This document shows positions 56,668 to 64,000 of a stretch of DNA of 64,000 bases, piece by piece (position 1 is the first letter of the stretch; every line of letters begins with the position of its first letter). The position numbers and the translations under genes are program-made. Under the pieces are notes generated by a model, which was not told the origin of the DNA, did not search any database, and was given only the letters and a program-made list of their open reading frames with translations. Source of the stretch: an uncultured Nitrospirales bacterium (GTDB lineage: Bacteria > UBA10199 > JADGCS01); the NCBI GenBank assembly GCA_964526915.1, contig CAZGMS010000072.1, positions 7,341-71,340 on the forward strand, given 5' to 3'.

Positions 56668-57489
56668 TTATCTCACCTTTCTCATCCGGGCCATGGCACA
56701 TCCATTTGACTGAGACAAGTTACTGGCAGATACATTTGATAATTTTTCAAATCCCGAAACTTCTTCCCAAAATTCGTGCTCGGTAAATTGGAAATATCTT
56801 TCTTCAACCAATTCAAAATCCTTATGCCTGATGATGTTCATCCAACTCTCTTGCTCATACTCCCACTGGACACAATAGTAGCCAAGACTATCCTGTATGA
56901 CAACAGGTCCGCCCTTACCCATAGGAACCGTGATAAATAATTCTCCCTGCTTTTTAAGGATTTGACTGGTCTTATCCATAACAAGTCTATCTGTATGGGG
57001 CGCGCGATCTGTACACACGTCTTGAATATTTTTCTTTCTGACAAATACGCTTTTGTCATCACCCTGGGACGAGACATCATAACCAATGTGTTCTATCACA
57101 GATATACAGGTAACCACGTCAAAATTATTTTTTGGCAATTGATAATATCGATAATCACCACAATATTGATTCAGAGCCATCACTGAGGGCCACCACTCTT
57201 GCGGATATCTGGATTTAACGGCATCAAGTTTCACAATATCTATGAAGTGCAAATCAAGCCCCAATATTTCTTTTGTAGCCAACAAAGTCCCCATATAGTC
57301 CAAACTGGATAACGCTGTGCCAATATCCAGCAACCGACAGCCCTGAAAATCTACCAGATGTGAGGTTAACCAAGGGACTTCTATGCATCTGGCTGAATGT
57401 GACTGTCTGATGTCTGTTTTCCCCCAGCACTGCTCTCGTCGTATGATGGCCACGCAATAATCTAATATTCGCTTTGTCGTTGTGTCCAC
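56668..57489 (-). CDS. Methyltransferase-fold protein (class I SAM-MTase-like)
   Basis: 273 aa. RLLDIGTALSSLDY (motif I-like) and DVVTCISVIEHIG (post-II-like). Confidence 0.5.
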   Translation of the reverse strand: MDTTTKRILDYCVAIIRREQCWGKTDIRQSHSARCIEVPWLTSHLVDFQGCRLLDIGTALSSLDYMGTLLATKEILGLDLHFIDIVKLDAVKSRYPQEWWPSVMALNQYCGDYRYYQLPKNNFDVVTCISVIEHIGYDVSSQGDDKSVFVRKKNIQDVCTDRAPHTDRLVMDKTSQILKKQGELFITVPMGKGGPVVIQDSLGYYCVQWEYEQESWMNIIRHKDFELVEERYFQFTEHEFWEEVSGFEKLSNVSASNLSQSNGCAMARMRKVR

Positions 57490-57518
57490 AGTTTACCTCT
57501 CCACTCTGATAGGGTTAA

Positions 57519-59147
57519 TCATTGAGAATAGCTTTCCATATCCACATGAAGTGTTTCCAAATAATAACGCCATTGAAACGAACCCTTTTCCAAGACCTTC
57601 TTCGCCCTTTGTACCAATTGTTGACAATCTTCTGTCAGGTTTCGAGTTTTCATGATTTGAGCAAGAGCCAATAGAGCAAATACATGGTCTGGCACCATAT
57701 CCAATACATATCGAAAATCGCGCTCTGCCTGTGCCAAAGATTCTTTTGTGTTCTGTTTCAGATTTCGATTGTTGATAAAATTATTTTTGAGGTTGGCCAT
57801 GTAACTTAAGTCACCAAGTTGCTTACTCGAATAATCAATGTGATCAAACTCCTGGGCAAAATAAAACTCTCCCGCCCCCTCGCTAAAACCATCTATCAGC
57901 CGCTGTTCAATACAGTCATCAAAGAGAGCTGCCCCGGGAAGAGGCTTAAAACAATAAAATCCCTTCCAGTCCGTATCGAGTGTTTCCGCAAAAGCCAGGG
58001 TGTTCTTAACACTCTTGAGATCCTCGAAGGGAAAACCGGTAATGAAAAAGGCATTTATAAATGCTGACCCGTTTTTCCTGATCAGTTTGACCACATTTAG
58101 TGTTTCTTCAACCGTGAGAGGCTTACGAATCTTCTTCAGTATTTCATTGGATCCAGACTCCGCCGCCAAATTAAAAAACGCAATCTTGCTGGCATACATT
58201 TTTTTTATTATCCGCTCATCATTGAGTGTGCGAATGGACAAGCCACCACTGGACAGCCAACTGACATCCAGTGTAGCAAGGGCATCCAGCAACTGTTCAA
58301 ACCATTTTTTGTCGACACTGATATTCTCATCATTAAAGATGATAATATTTACGTCGTAATTGTCTTTGAGGTATTGAATTTCATATACGATATTTTCTAC
58401 GTGACGTTTGCGCCATCTTCTACTCCAGAAACTGGGAGATGTACAAAAGGTGCATGCATTGGGACAGCCACGAGAAGCTGTAATCGATGCAGGTCTCCAC
58501 TCATGCTTATCCTTCAAACGGTACAACAAATTGCGACCTTCCCGAAAATAATATTTGAAATGAGTGTCTTCCCAGGGCAGTCGTTTGACATCACAATATC
58601 CGTCCCAGAATTTCTTACGTGGATTACGAATCACCTGATTCCCTTCGCGATGAACAATGCCTTCTATGTCACTCATCTGCCCGTTTGAATTCATAGCATC
58701 AATGAGATCAGACAAACCCAATTCACCTTCCGACAAGATGATATAGTCAACCAACTCATCTTCCATACATTTGGCTGTGAGATGATGAGGATAATGCCCG
58801 CCAAAAACTAGGACGATTTTCGGGTTAATCTTTTTTATCAACGAGGCCATTTTGTGAAAAACAGGTATGCCCTGATAATACAATGTGGCCATGGCTATCA
58901 TATCGGGCTGATATTCTAAAATGTACCTCTTCAGGATATCCTCAAGGGAGTCTCCTGTTAAGAATTTCATTTCAATATTGAGATCGACAAACAGGACACC
59001 AACATCCTGACGTTTCTTGATATAATCATACACGTACAGCAAGCCCAGTGGAGGCTCAAAATAGGCATATCCTGATTGTCTTCCCAATTTTAATACGGAA
59101 GGATCCGGCGGATTCAGAAACAAGATTTTATTGATAATTTTATTCAT
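57519..59147 (-). CDS. B12-binding (class B) radical SAM enzyme with a helical-repeat C-terminal tail
   Basis: 542 aa. N-terminal cobalamin-binding-type domain (ILFLNPP...LGLLYVYDYIKK) and cluster motif TASRGCPNACTFCTSP. The C-terminal ~90 aa look TPR-like (LAQAERDFRYVLDMVPDHVFALLALAQIM). Confidence 0.8.
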   Translation of the reverse strand: MNKIINKILFLNPPDPSVLKLGRQSGYAYFEPPLGLLYVYDYIKKRQDVGVLFVDLNIEMKFLTGDSLEDILKRYILEYQPDMIAMATLYYQGIPVFHKMASLIKKINPKIVLVFGGHYPHHLTAKCMEDELVDYIILSEGELGLSDLIDAMNSNGQMSDIEGIVHREGNQVIRNPRKKFWDGYCDVKRLPWEDTHFKYYFREGRNLLYRLKDKHEWRPASITASRGCPNACTFCTSPSFWSRRWRKRHVENIVYEIQYLKDNYDVNIIIFNDENISVDKKWFEQLLDALATLDVSWLSSGGLSIRTLNDERIIKKMYASKIAFFNLAAESGSNEILKKIRKPLTVEETLNVVKLIRKNGSAFINAFFITGFPFEDLKSVKNTLAFAETLDTDWKGFYCFKPLPGAALFDDCIEQRLIDGFSEGAGEFYFAQEFDHIDYSSKQLGDLSYMANLKNNFINNRNLKQNTKESLAQAERDFRYVLDMVPDHVFALLALAQIMKTRNLTEDCQQLVQRAKKVLEKGSFQWRYYLETLHVDMESYSQ

Positions 59148-59187
59148 CTTTTAACCACAATATTTATCAGTTATCCTGACAAGGAAA

Positions 59188-60594
59188 TCAGACAACCTGT
59201 GTTTTGAGATAATTTTTTAGCAAGACAATTTTCGACAATCTTTTTTCATACTCAAAACTGCGCACCAATAAATGCAAGTTCTTCAAGAAGAGAAATATTT
59301 TGTTGGGTGGCAATTTTAACAGCCAGAAAATCATTCTCTCAAAATAGGGATATTTAATGAGATAAAAGAACAATTTATCCAGATTAATAAATATTTTTTT
59401 CTCTTTAGACATGAGAAGTGAATCATTAAAATTCAATAAATGAATTTCTTCCAGTGTAGGTATCTTTTTGATATAACCCTTTTCAAAAGCGTAATGAGTC
59501 ACTCTGAGGCCAGGATAAAAAACCAGTACATTGGATGAATAGGAATCAGCCTTAATTTCACGGCACAGTCTTATGGTGTCCATGGCTTCTTCAAAGGTTT
59601 CACCTGGCCAGCCAAAAATGATATCAATACCAATCCGAATACCCTGCTCTTGAATCAGGCGACAGGCCCTAATAATCTGTTCGTTTGTGGTGAGGCGACC
59701 GGCGACTTCATGTCGCACACGATCATTTCCCGATTGAATACCAAAAGTGATCCGGTCGCATCCTGCTTTTTTTAAAAGCACGGCGGTTTCCGCATCAATA
59801 TTTTCAACCCGCAAATTACATAGAAACCCTGGCAGTCTGGCTTGCGCATAATCACGTAAAAACTCCTTAAACCACCTCTTATCCGCGTTGAGTGTTCCAT
59901 CCTGAAAATGAACCCATTCTATTCCATAAGTATTTTTTACGTATTTTATTTCCTCCAGCGTTTCCTGAATGGAACGCAATCGCCAGTATTTCTTTTTGAA
60001 ATGACGTGATAATTCTTTGTTGTAACAAAATGTACAACCATAGGGACAACCACGAGAGGCAATGAAGATTTTCACGGGACTTTCTTGAAGAACTTTATAT
60101 TTATAATACACGTCCCGATTGGGGAAACAATTTTCACTCACATCCACAAGATCACATTCTTCATTCTTATGTGCCTGGGCATGCGCATCTAAATAACACA
60201 GTCCCTTTATGGAATCTAACCCTTCACCCCTTTGGTGTTTTAAAATAAATTCTGGTAAGGATTTTTCTCCATCACCTCTAAAAACATAATCCACTGCTGG
60301 CCTGCTGATAATTTCTGGATATATCAGGGCAAAGGGCCCGCCCACCAACGTTACAGACTCTGGTAATACGGTTTTGATTTTCTTCAAATATTCAAAGGCA
60401 AAATTCTCTTCGCCAATAAATAAACTGTAGACAACATAATCGGGTTTGTAGGCTACAATTTTGACATAGAAATCTTTTTCTAGGTCATGAATAAAAACTT
60501 CACAGTGAATGTCTTTTTCCTTTAAACTCCCTGCCAAAAAATGAACACTGAGTTTTTCGTAGGCTTCTTTTTGTACGAAAGCGACTTTTACCAT
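59188..60594 (-). CDS. B12-binding (class B) radical SAM enzyme
   Basis: 468 aa. N-terminal B12-type domain (VAFVQKE...DYVVYSLF) and cluster motif IASRGCPYGCTFCYNKE. Confidence 0.8.
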   Translation of the reverse strand: MVKVAFVQKEAYEKLSVHFLAGSLKEKDIHCEVFIHDLEKDFYVKIVAYKPDYVVYSLFIGEENFAFEYLKKIKTVLPESVTLVGGPFALIYPEIISRPAVDYVFRGDGEKSLPEFILKHQRGEGLDSIKGLCYLDAHAQAHKNEECDLVDVSENCFPNRDVYYKYKVLQESPVKIFIASRGCPYGCTFCYNKELSRHFKKKYWRLRSIQETLEEIKYVKNTYGIEWVHFQDGTLNADKRWFKEFLRDYAQARLPGFLCNLRVENIDAETAVLLKKAGCDRITFGIQSGNDRVRHEVAGRLTTNEQIIRACRLIQEQGIRIGIDIIFGWPGETFEEAMDTIRLCREIKADSYSSNVLVFYPGLRVTHYAFEKGYIKKIPTLEEIHLLNFNDSLLMSKEKKIFINLDKLFFYLIKYPYFERMIFWLLKLPPNKIFLFLKNLHLLVRSFEYEKRLSKIVLLKNYLKTQVV

Positions 60595-60605
60595 AGTAAC
60601 ATCAG

Positions 60606-61508
60606 TTATCTTGTTTGATGTGGTACCGGTCTGTAAGCATCCAGTTTACGTGTCCCCCAGAGACTTGATACCACCAAACCACATAACCGTACCCAACCAT
60701 GAAGCACAAAATAAGGCACATATTTTACTTGATATTTCAATCCACAATAGACAGCTCTTTTGATAGGGTATGTATAAATCAAATGTTGTATCACGGCCCA
60801 GCGTCTCTCAGGATGTGCCATGATGAACTTGTAGTCCCCCGCCCCATAAGAAAGCCAACGACTAACCAATTCACCAAAATTATCTATGTATTTACGGTAT
60901 GTTTTACCTGTCCCCACGACAAAATGGCCGCCCTGTCTTTTCAGTCGATAGGCCAGATCAGAATCTTCAGAAGCGGAACCATAACGAACATCATTGTTTT
61001 TCATGGCTTCTATGAGGGCCCGTTTTTGATATAAAGCGGGCCGACCAACCATTTGAATATTTTGTTCTTTCTGCTTCTTATCCAAATCACGAATCACCTG
61101 CATGCTCATCCAAAAAGCCTGTTCCCAGTATTTTGATTTTTTTCCTGTTTTTTCCGATAAATCACAATGCCTGGCCTGTGTCGCCACGGCACCTGATCTT
61201 TCCAAATCCAGCATCAGGTCACGCAAACACCACCGATCCAACTGATCATCAGCATCAACAATGGCAACGTAAGAAGCCTCAGAAGAGGCGGCATAAACTC
61301 CTGTATTTCGTTGTATAACCAAACCTTTCTCTGATTCAATGACCTTAATAGCAGTAAACTCTCTGGCCAATAAGGTGGTGCGATCGACTGAACCACCATC
61401 GACTACAATGATCTCTAATGGGTCATTATCCAAACAAGACTGAATACAAGCAGAAATATTCTTTTCTTCGTTAACAGTGCGAATAATAACCGTAATCGGT
61501 AGAGACAT
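60606..61508 (-). CDS. Glycosyltransferase family 2
   Basis: 300 aa. ITVIIRTVNEEKNI, IIVVDGGSVDRT and AIVDADDQL (DXD). Confidence 0.8.
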   Translation of the reverse strand: MSLPITVIIRTVNEEKNISACIQSCLDNDPLEIIVVDGGSVDRTTLLAREFTAIKVIESEKGLVIQRNTGVYAASSEASYVAIVDADDQLDRWCLRDLMLDLERSGAVATQARHCDLSEKTGKKSKYWEQAFWMSMQVIRDLDKKQKEQNIQMVGRPALYQKRALIEAMKNNDVRYGSASEDSDLAYRLKRQGGHFVVGTGKTYRKYIDNFGELVSRWLSYGAGDYKFIMAHPERRWAVIQHLIYTYPIKRAVYCGLKYQVKYVPYFVLHGWVRLCGLVVSSLWGTRKLDAYRPVPHQTR

Positions 61509-62044
61509 TATGAATGGCTCCCGTGATCAGACAATATCGATAATATCCGCGAATCCCACCACCTGCCATCATAAAAATAATTATCTCTGAGCAACCCATC
61601 CAGTTTAAATCCCAACTGAGTATACAATTCATATTTCTTCACATCGAACTCGTATATTTCTGTCCAGATTTTGTGTAGATTTAACTCACCAAAGGCATAC
61701 TGGAACAGAACTTGGCAAGCATCTTCTGCAAAACCGGCATCATCAATATAGGAATTTTGCCAGCCAATGTAGAGCGATAAATCGGCATGACGATGCACCC
61801 AATTGATGTAACACAAACCACACACTCCAACCAGTTCATTGGTCTCAAGATCACGGACAGCAAACATCAAGGTCCGATCATCTGCCAACACTTTTTCGCG
61901 GTACCATTTATCCTGACTTTCGCGGTCCAACTCACGGTATTCCCTAAAATGCTTTCGAAACTCTTCGTTATTGCGCCACAGACGCATGGTCTCTAGATCC
62001 TCTTTTTCAACGGTGGTCAACGCCACTTTTTTTCCCTTTAACAT
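61508..62044 (-). CDS. GNAT N-acetyltransferase (PseH/RimL-like)
   Basis: 178 aa. DLETMRLWRNNEEFRKHF N-terminus and an acetyl-CoA region typical of PseH-like amino-sugar acetyltransferases. Adjacent to the NeuB-like gene. Confidence 0.7.
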   Translation of the reverse strand: MLKGKKVALTTVEKEDLETMRLWRNNEEFRKHFREYRELDRESQDKWYREKVLADDRTLMFAVRDLETNELVGVCGLCYINWVHRHADLSLYIGWQNSYIDDAGFAEDACQVLFQYAFGELNLHKIWTEIYEFDVKKYELYTQLGFKLDGLLRDNYFYDGRWWDSRILSILSDHGSHS

Positions 62045-63111
62045 AACTCAATATCTCCCACCATGACGGCCTCATCCTCCGCGACATCCCTTTTCAGCAC
62101 TTTGCCAATAAGTGTGTGGACGGCAAACGGTTGAACCCCTCCCTGCGTAAATGGTCGCAGTGGAAACAAATTTTCTTTCGTCAACACATGTCCTTTTTTC
62201 AGATCGCGCACATATCTTAGACCCCGTCTTTGCAAACAAACAGTATCATTCTCATTGGCCTCAACCCTTTTAACACCATCACCCAAGGCCAAATAGACTT
62301 CTTGAGCACGACAAACCATTTCCCTCCACGATTTGGGATTCATGGCAAACCTGTGATCGGGCCCTTCGCGCGAGTTATCATCAGTAAAATGTTTTTCAAA
62401 AACCACAGCTCCCAAAGCGACAGCACCCAACACAGTCGCGTGACCATGAGTGTGATCCGAAAGCCCCAACAAGACATTGGGATATCTTTTTTTGTAATCT
62501 TTCAAAACATTCAAATTGATGCATTTGAAATTTTCAGGACTTGCTGTATAATTTGTATTGCACTGCATGAGCACAATATCCTGAGTGTGCTTAAATAAAC
62601 AATGCATGGCTCTTTCCACATCTTCAATTGTGGAAGCCCCTGTCGCCAGCATCACAGGTTTACCTTTTTTGGCTATATACTCAATCATTTCCAACCAGGT
62701 TATATCTCCAGAACCGATCTTATAGACTGAAACATAGGGATCCACATGATCGACCGTTTCAAAGTCATAGGGACTTGTAAAATATTCTATCCCCACTTCA
62801 TCGCATTTATGTTTTAATTTTGCTGTCCATTCCCGGGGTAGACTCGCGTCTTGATACACCTCATAAACTGGCTTTTTCCATTTTGCTTGATGAGATAATT
62901 GACCACCCAATGACTCAAAACCATTCCGACTCACAATTTTTCTCGCAACAAAATTTTGAAATTTGGCCGCATCAGCCCCAGCTTCTTTGGCCAATTCAAT
63001 CAATTTGAGTGCCCGTTGCAAATCACCATCATGGTTCGCCGCAATATCGGCAATAAAATACAGATTTTCTCCTTCTCCAATTTTTCTTTTGCCTACAGTG
63101 ATCGTTTTCAT
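62038..63111 (-). CDS. Nonulosonic acid synthase (NeuB/PseI/LegI family) with C-terminal SAF domain
   Basis: 357 aa. YFIADIAANHDGDL, GADAAKFQNF and VFEKHFTDD. Which nonulosonate is made cannot be told from sequence by eye. Confidence 0.85.
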   Translation of the reverse strand: MKTITVGKRKIGEGENLYFIADIAANHDGDLQRALKLIELAKEAGADAAKFQNFVARKIVSRNGFESLGGQLSHQAKWKKPVYEVYQDASLPREWTAKLKHKCDEVGIEYFTSPYDFETVDHVDPYVSVYKIGSGDITWLEMIEYIAKKGKPVMLATGASTIEDVERAMHCLFKHTQDIVLMQCNTNYTASPENFKCINLNVLKDYKKRYPNVLLGLSDHTHGHATVLGAVALGAVVFEKHFTDDNSREGPDHRFAMNPKSWREMVCRAQEVYLALGDGVKRVEANENDTVCLQRRGLRYVRDLKKGHVLTKENLFPLRPFTQGGVQPFAVHTLIGKVLKRDVAEDEAVMVGDIELC

Positions 63112-64000
63112 GCAAATACCTTCCTGTAATCCTCAACAAGCGCCTTGATCCCTTCCTCAATAACGGGCACTGAGGTCACAAGAGACGTGAATTTGCTAAC
63201 ATCGAGCGTGGTATCACGAGGCCTTTTTGCCTTAAACAGCATGTGTTCACTGGTGGTCGAACGAATAAGAGATGTTGGCCTCATGCACTCACGGGCCAAC
63301 TTGATCAGAAAATCGTACTTGCTAAAATGATCCTGACTACCCACATGCAAAACTCCACGACAATCAGAAGACAATAACTGTTTAATGGTCCCAGCCAACT
63401 GCCTAATGTATAGGGCATTAAACATCACATCAGTGAACCCTCCAATGGATTCCCCTTTTAATAAATGCGTCAAAGCCCATTCCGCCAAGGATCCTCCGGG
63501 AGGGTTTTTGAAACCATAAATGTTTGTTCTTAAGACCAGTGGTTTTCGTGATTCCTGCAAAACCACTTGCTCCCCTGCCAACTTGGTGCGGGCGTAAACA
63601 TTGAGAGGCTTTGGCTCATCAGTTTCAGAATAATTACCCTGCTCCCCATCAAACACGGAATCTGTGGAGATGTAAACAAAGCTTGTTTGGGGACAATGAT
63701 GCGCCAACGTATATGTTATTCCCTCATGGACATCACCAGCAACCTGCGGGTGTGTTTCGCAATATTCAAGATCAACCAAAGCCAAACAGTGGATGATGAT
63801 GTCCGGTTCTATTCGATCCAAATACATTTTTAGCTGGTCGCTGTCTGTGAGATCAAAATGTTTTTGATGGGTCGCGTCTGCCCACAACGTCTGCAGGCGA
63901 TCACACGCATAGACTTCATAGTTCAAATCTTCCTGTAATATGGGCCCAACCGCGTTGGCCAGCATCCCGGCAGAACCCGTGATCAAAATGCGTTTTACAC
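63108..64000 (-). CDS. RmlD-substrate-binding-type NAD(P)-dependent sugar reductase/epimerase; 5' end at or beyond the window edge
   Basis: At least 292 aa. The frame stays open to the window edge (VKRILITGSAGMLANAVG Rossmann motif). YARTKLAGEQ (YxxxK). Confidence 0.7.
   Translation of the reverse strand, partial: VKRILITGSAGMLANAVGPILQEDLNYEVYACDRLQTLWADATHQKHFDLTDSDQLKMYLDRIEPDIIIHCLALVDLEYCETHPQVAGDVHEGITYTLAHHCPQTSFVYISTDSVFDGEQGNYSETDEPKPLNVYARTKLAGEQVVLQESRKPLVLRTNIYGFKNPPGGSLAEWALTHLLKGESIGGFTDVMFNALYIRQLAGTIKQLLSSDCRGVLHVGSQDHFSKYDFLIKLARECMRPTSLIRSTTSEHMLFKAKRPRDTTLDVSKFTSLVTSVPVIEEGIKALVEDYRKVFA

Noticed and set aside
1-64000. A scan for rRNA, tRNA, CRISPR arrays and the ops/JUMPStart (GGCGGTAG) antitermination element.
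   Set aside because: The non-coding gaps are all 239 nt or shorter and show no cloverleaf-compatible or repeat-spacer structure. I did not see the ops 8-mer on the coding (minus) strand. The operon promoter and leader probably lie beyond the right edge of the window.

Overview
All 56 CDS I can support lie on the minus strand. They form one almost gap-free surface-glycan biosynthesis super-locus of about 62.5 kb (1442-64000, running off the right edge), followed at the left end by a stand-alone AAA+ ATPase gene (131-1276). There are at least 13 four-nt ATGA/GTGA start/stop overlaps. I found no rRNA, tRNA, CRISPR array, transposase or integrase. The taxon cannot be determined from sequence; the logic is Gram-negative-type Wzx/Wzy/Wzz. 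In transcription order (right to left) the locus reads as six modules. (A) 64000-49115: nonulosonic-acid-type genes (NeuB/PseI-like synthase, PseH-like GNAT, RmlD-like reductase), then a GT2, two B12-binding radical SAM enzymes, an MTase-fold protein, two more radical SAM enzymes, a DegT aminotransferase, a GT-B-like orphan, a zinc-ribbon MTase and a Wzx flippase. (B) 49046-33203: AsnB-type amidotransferase, TylF-type and class I MTases, ATP-grasp ligase, PHP phosphoesterase, CE4-like proteins, GT4s, a FemAB-like transferase, a divergent DegT, an MDR+Gfo/Idh/MocA fusion oxidoreductase and a heparinase II/III-like protein. (C) 33206-26222: RmlA, RmlB, an ArnC/GtrB-like GT2, two MTases, WecE and a GT-C enzyme. 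(D) 26225-21825: WecB, a WbuB-like GT4, an epimerase and a WecA/WbpL-type initiating transferase. (E) 21736-13513: an eight-gene organic-acid/2-oxoacid cassette that is not sugar chemistry (CitE/HpcH-like lyase, Fe-S hydro-lyase beta and alpha, an unknown protein, aldo-keto reductase, PrpD/MmgE, Ppd/ComDE-type ThDP decarboxylase, ATP-grasp ligase). (F) 13338-1442: Wzx, Wzy-like, GT4s, a CE4-like protein and a PglC/PglD/PglE/PglF-like di-N-acetylbacillosamine set with a Wzz. The two best candidates for undescribed biology are module E and the four-radical-SAM block of module A. Module E may build a non-sugar acyl substituent that is ligated onto an amino sugar. All family calls come from motif recognition by eye; no database search was run.
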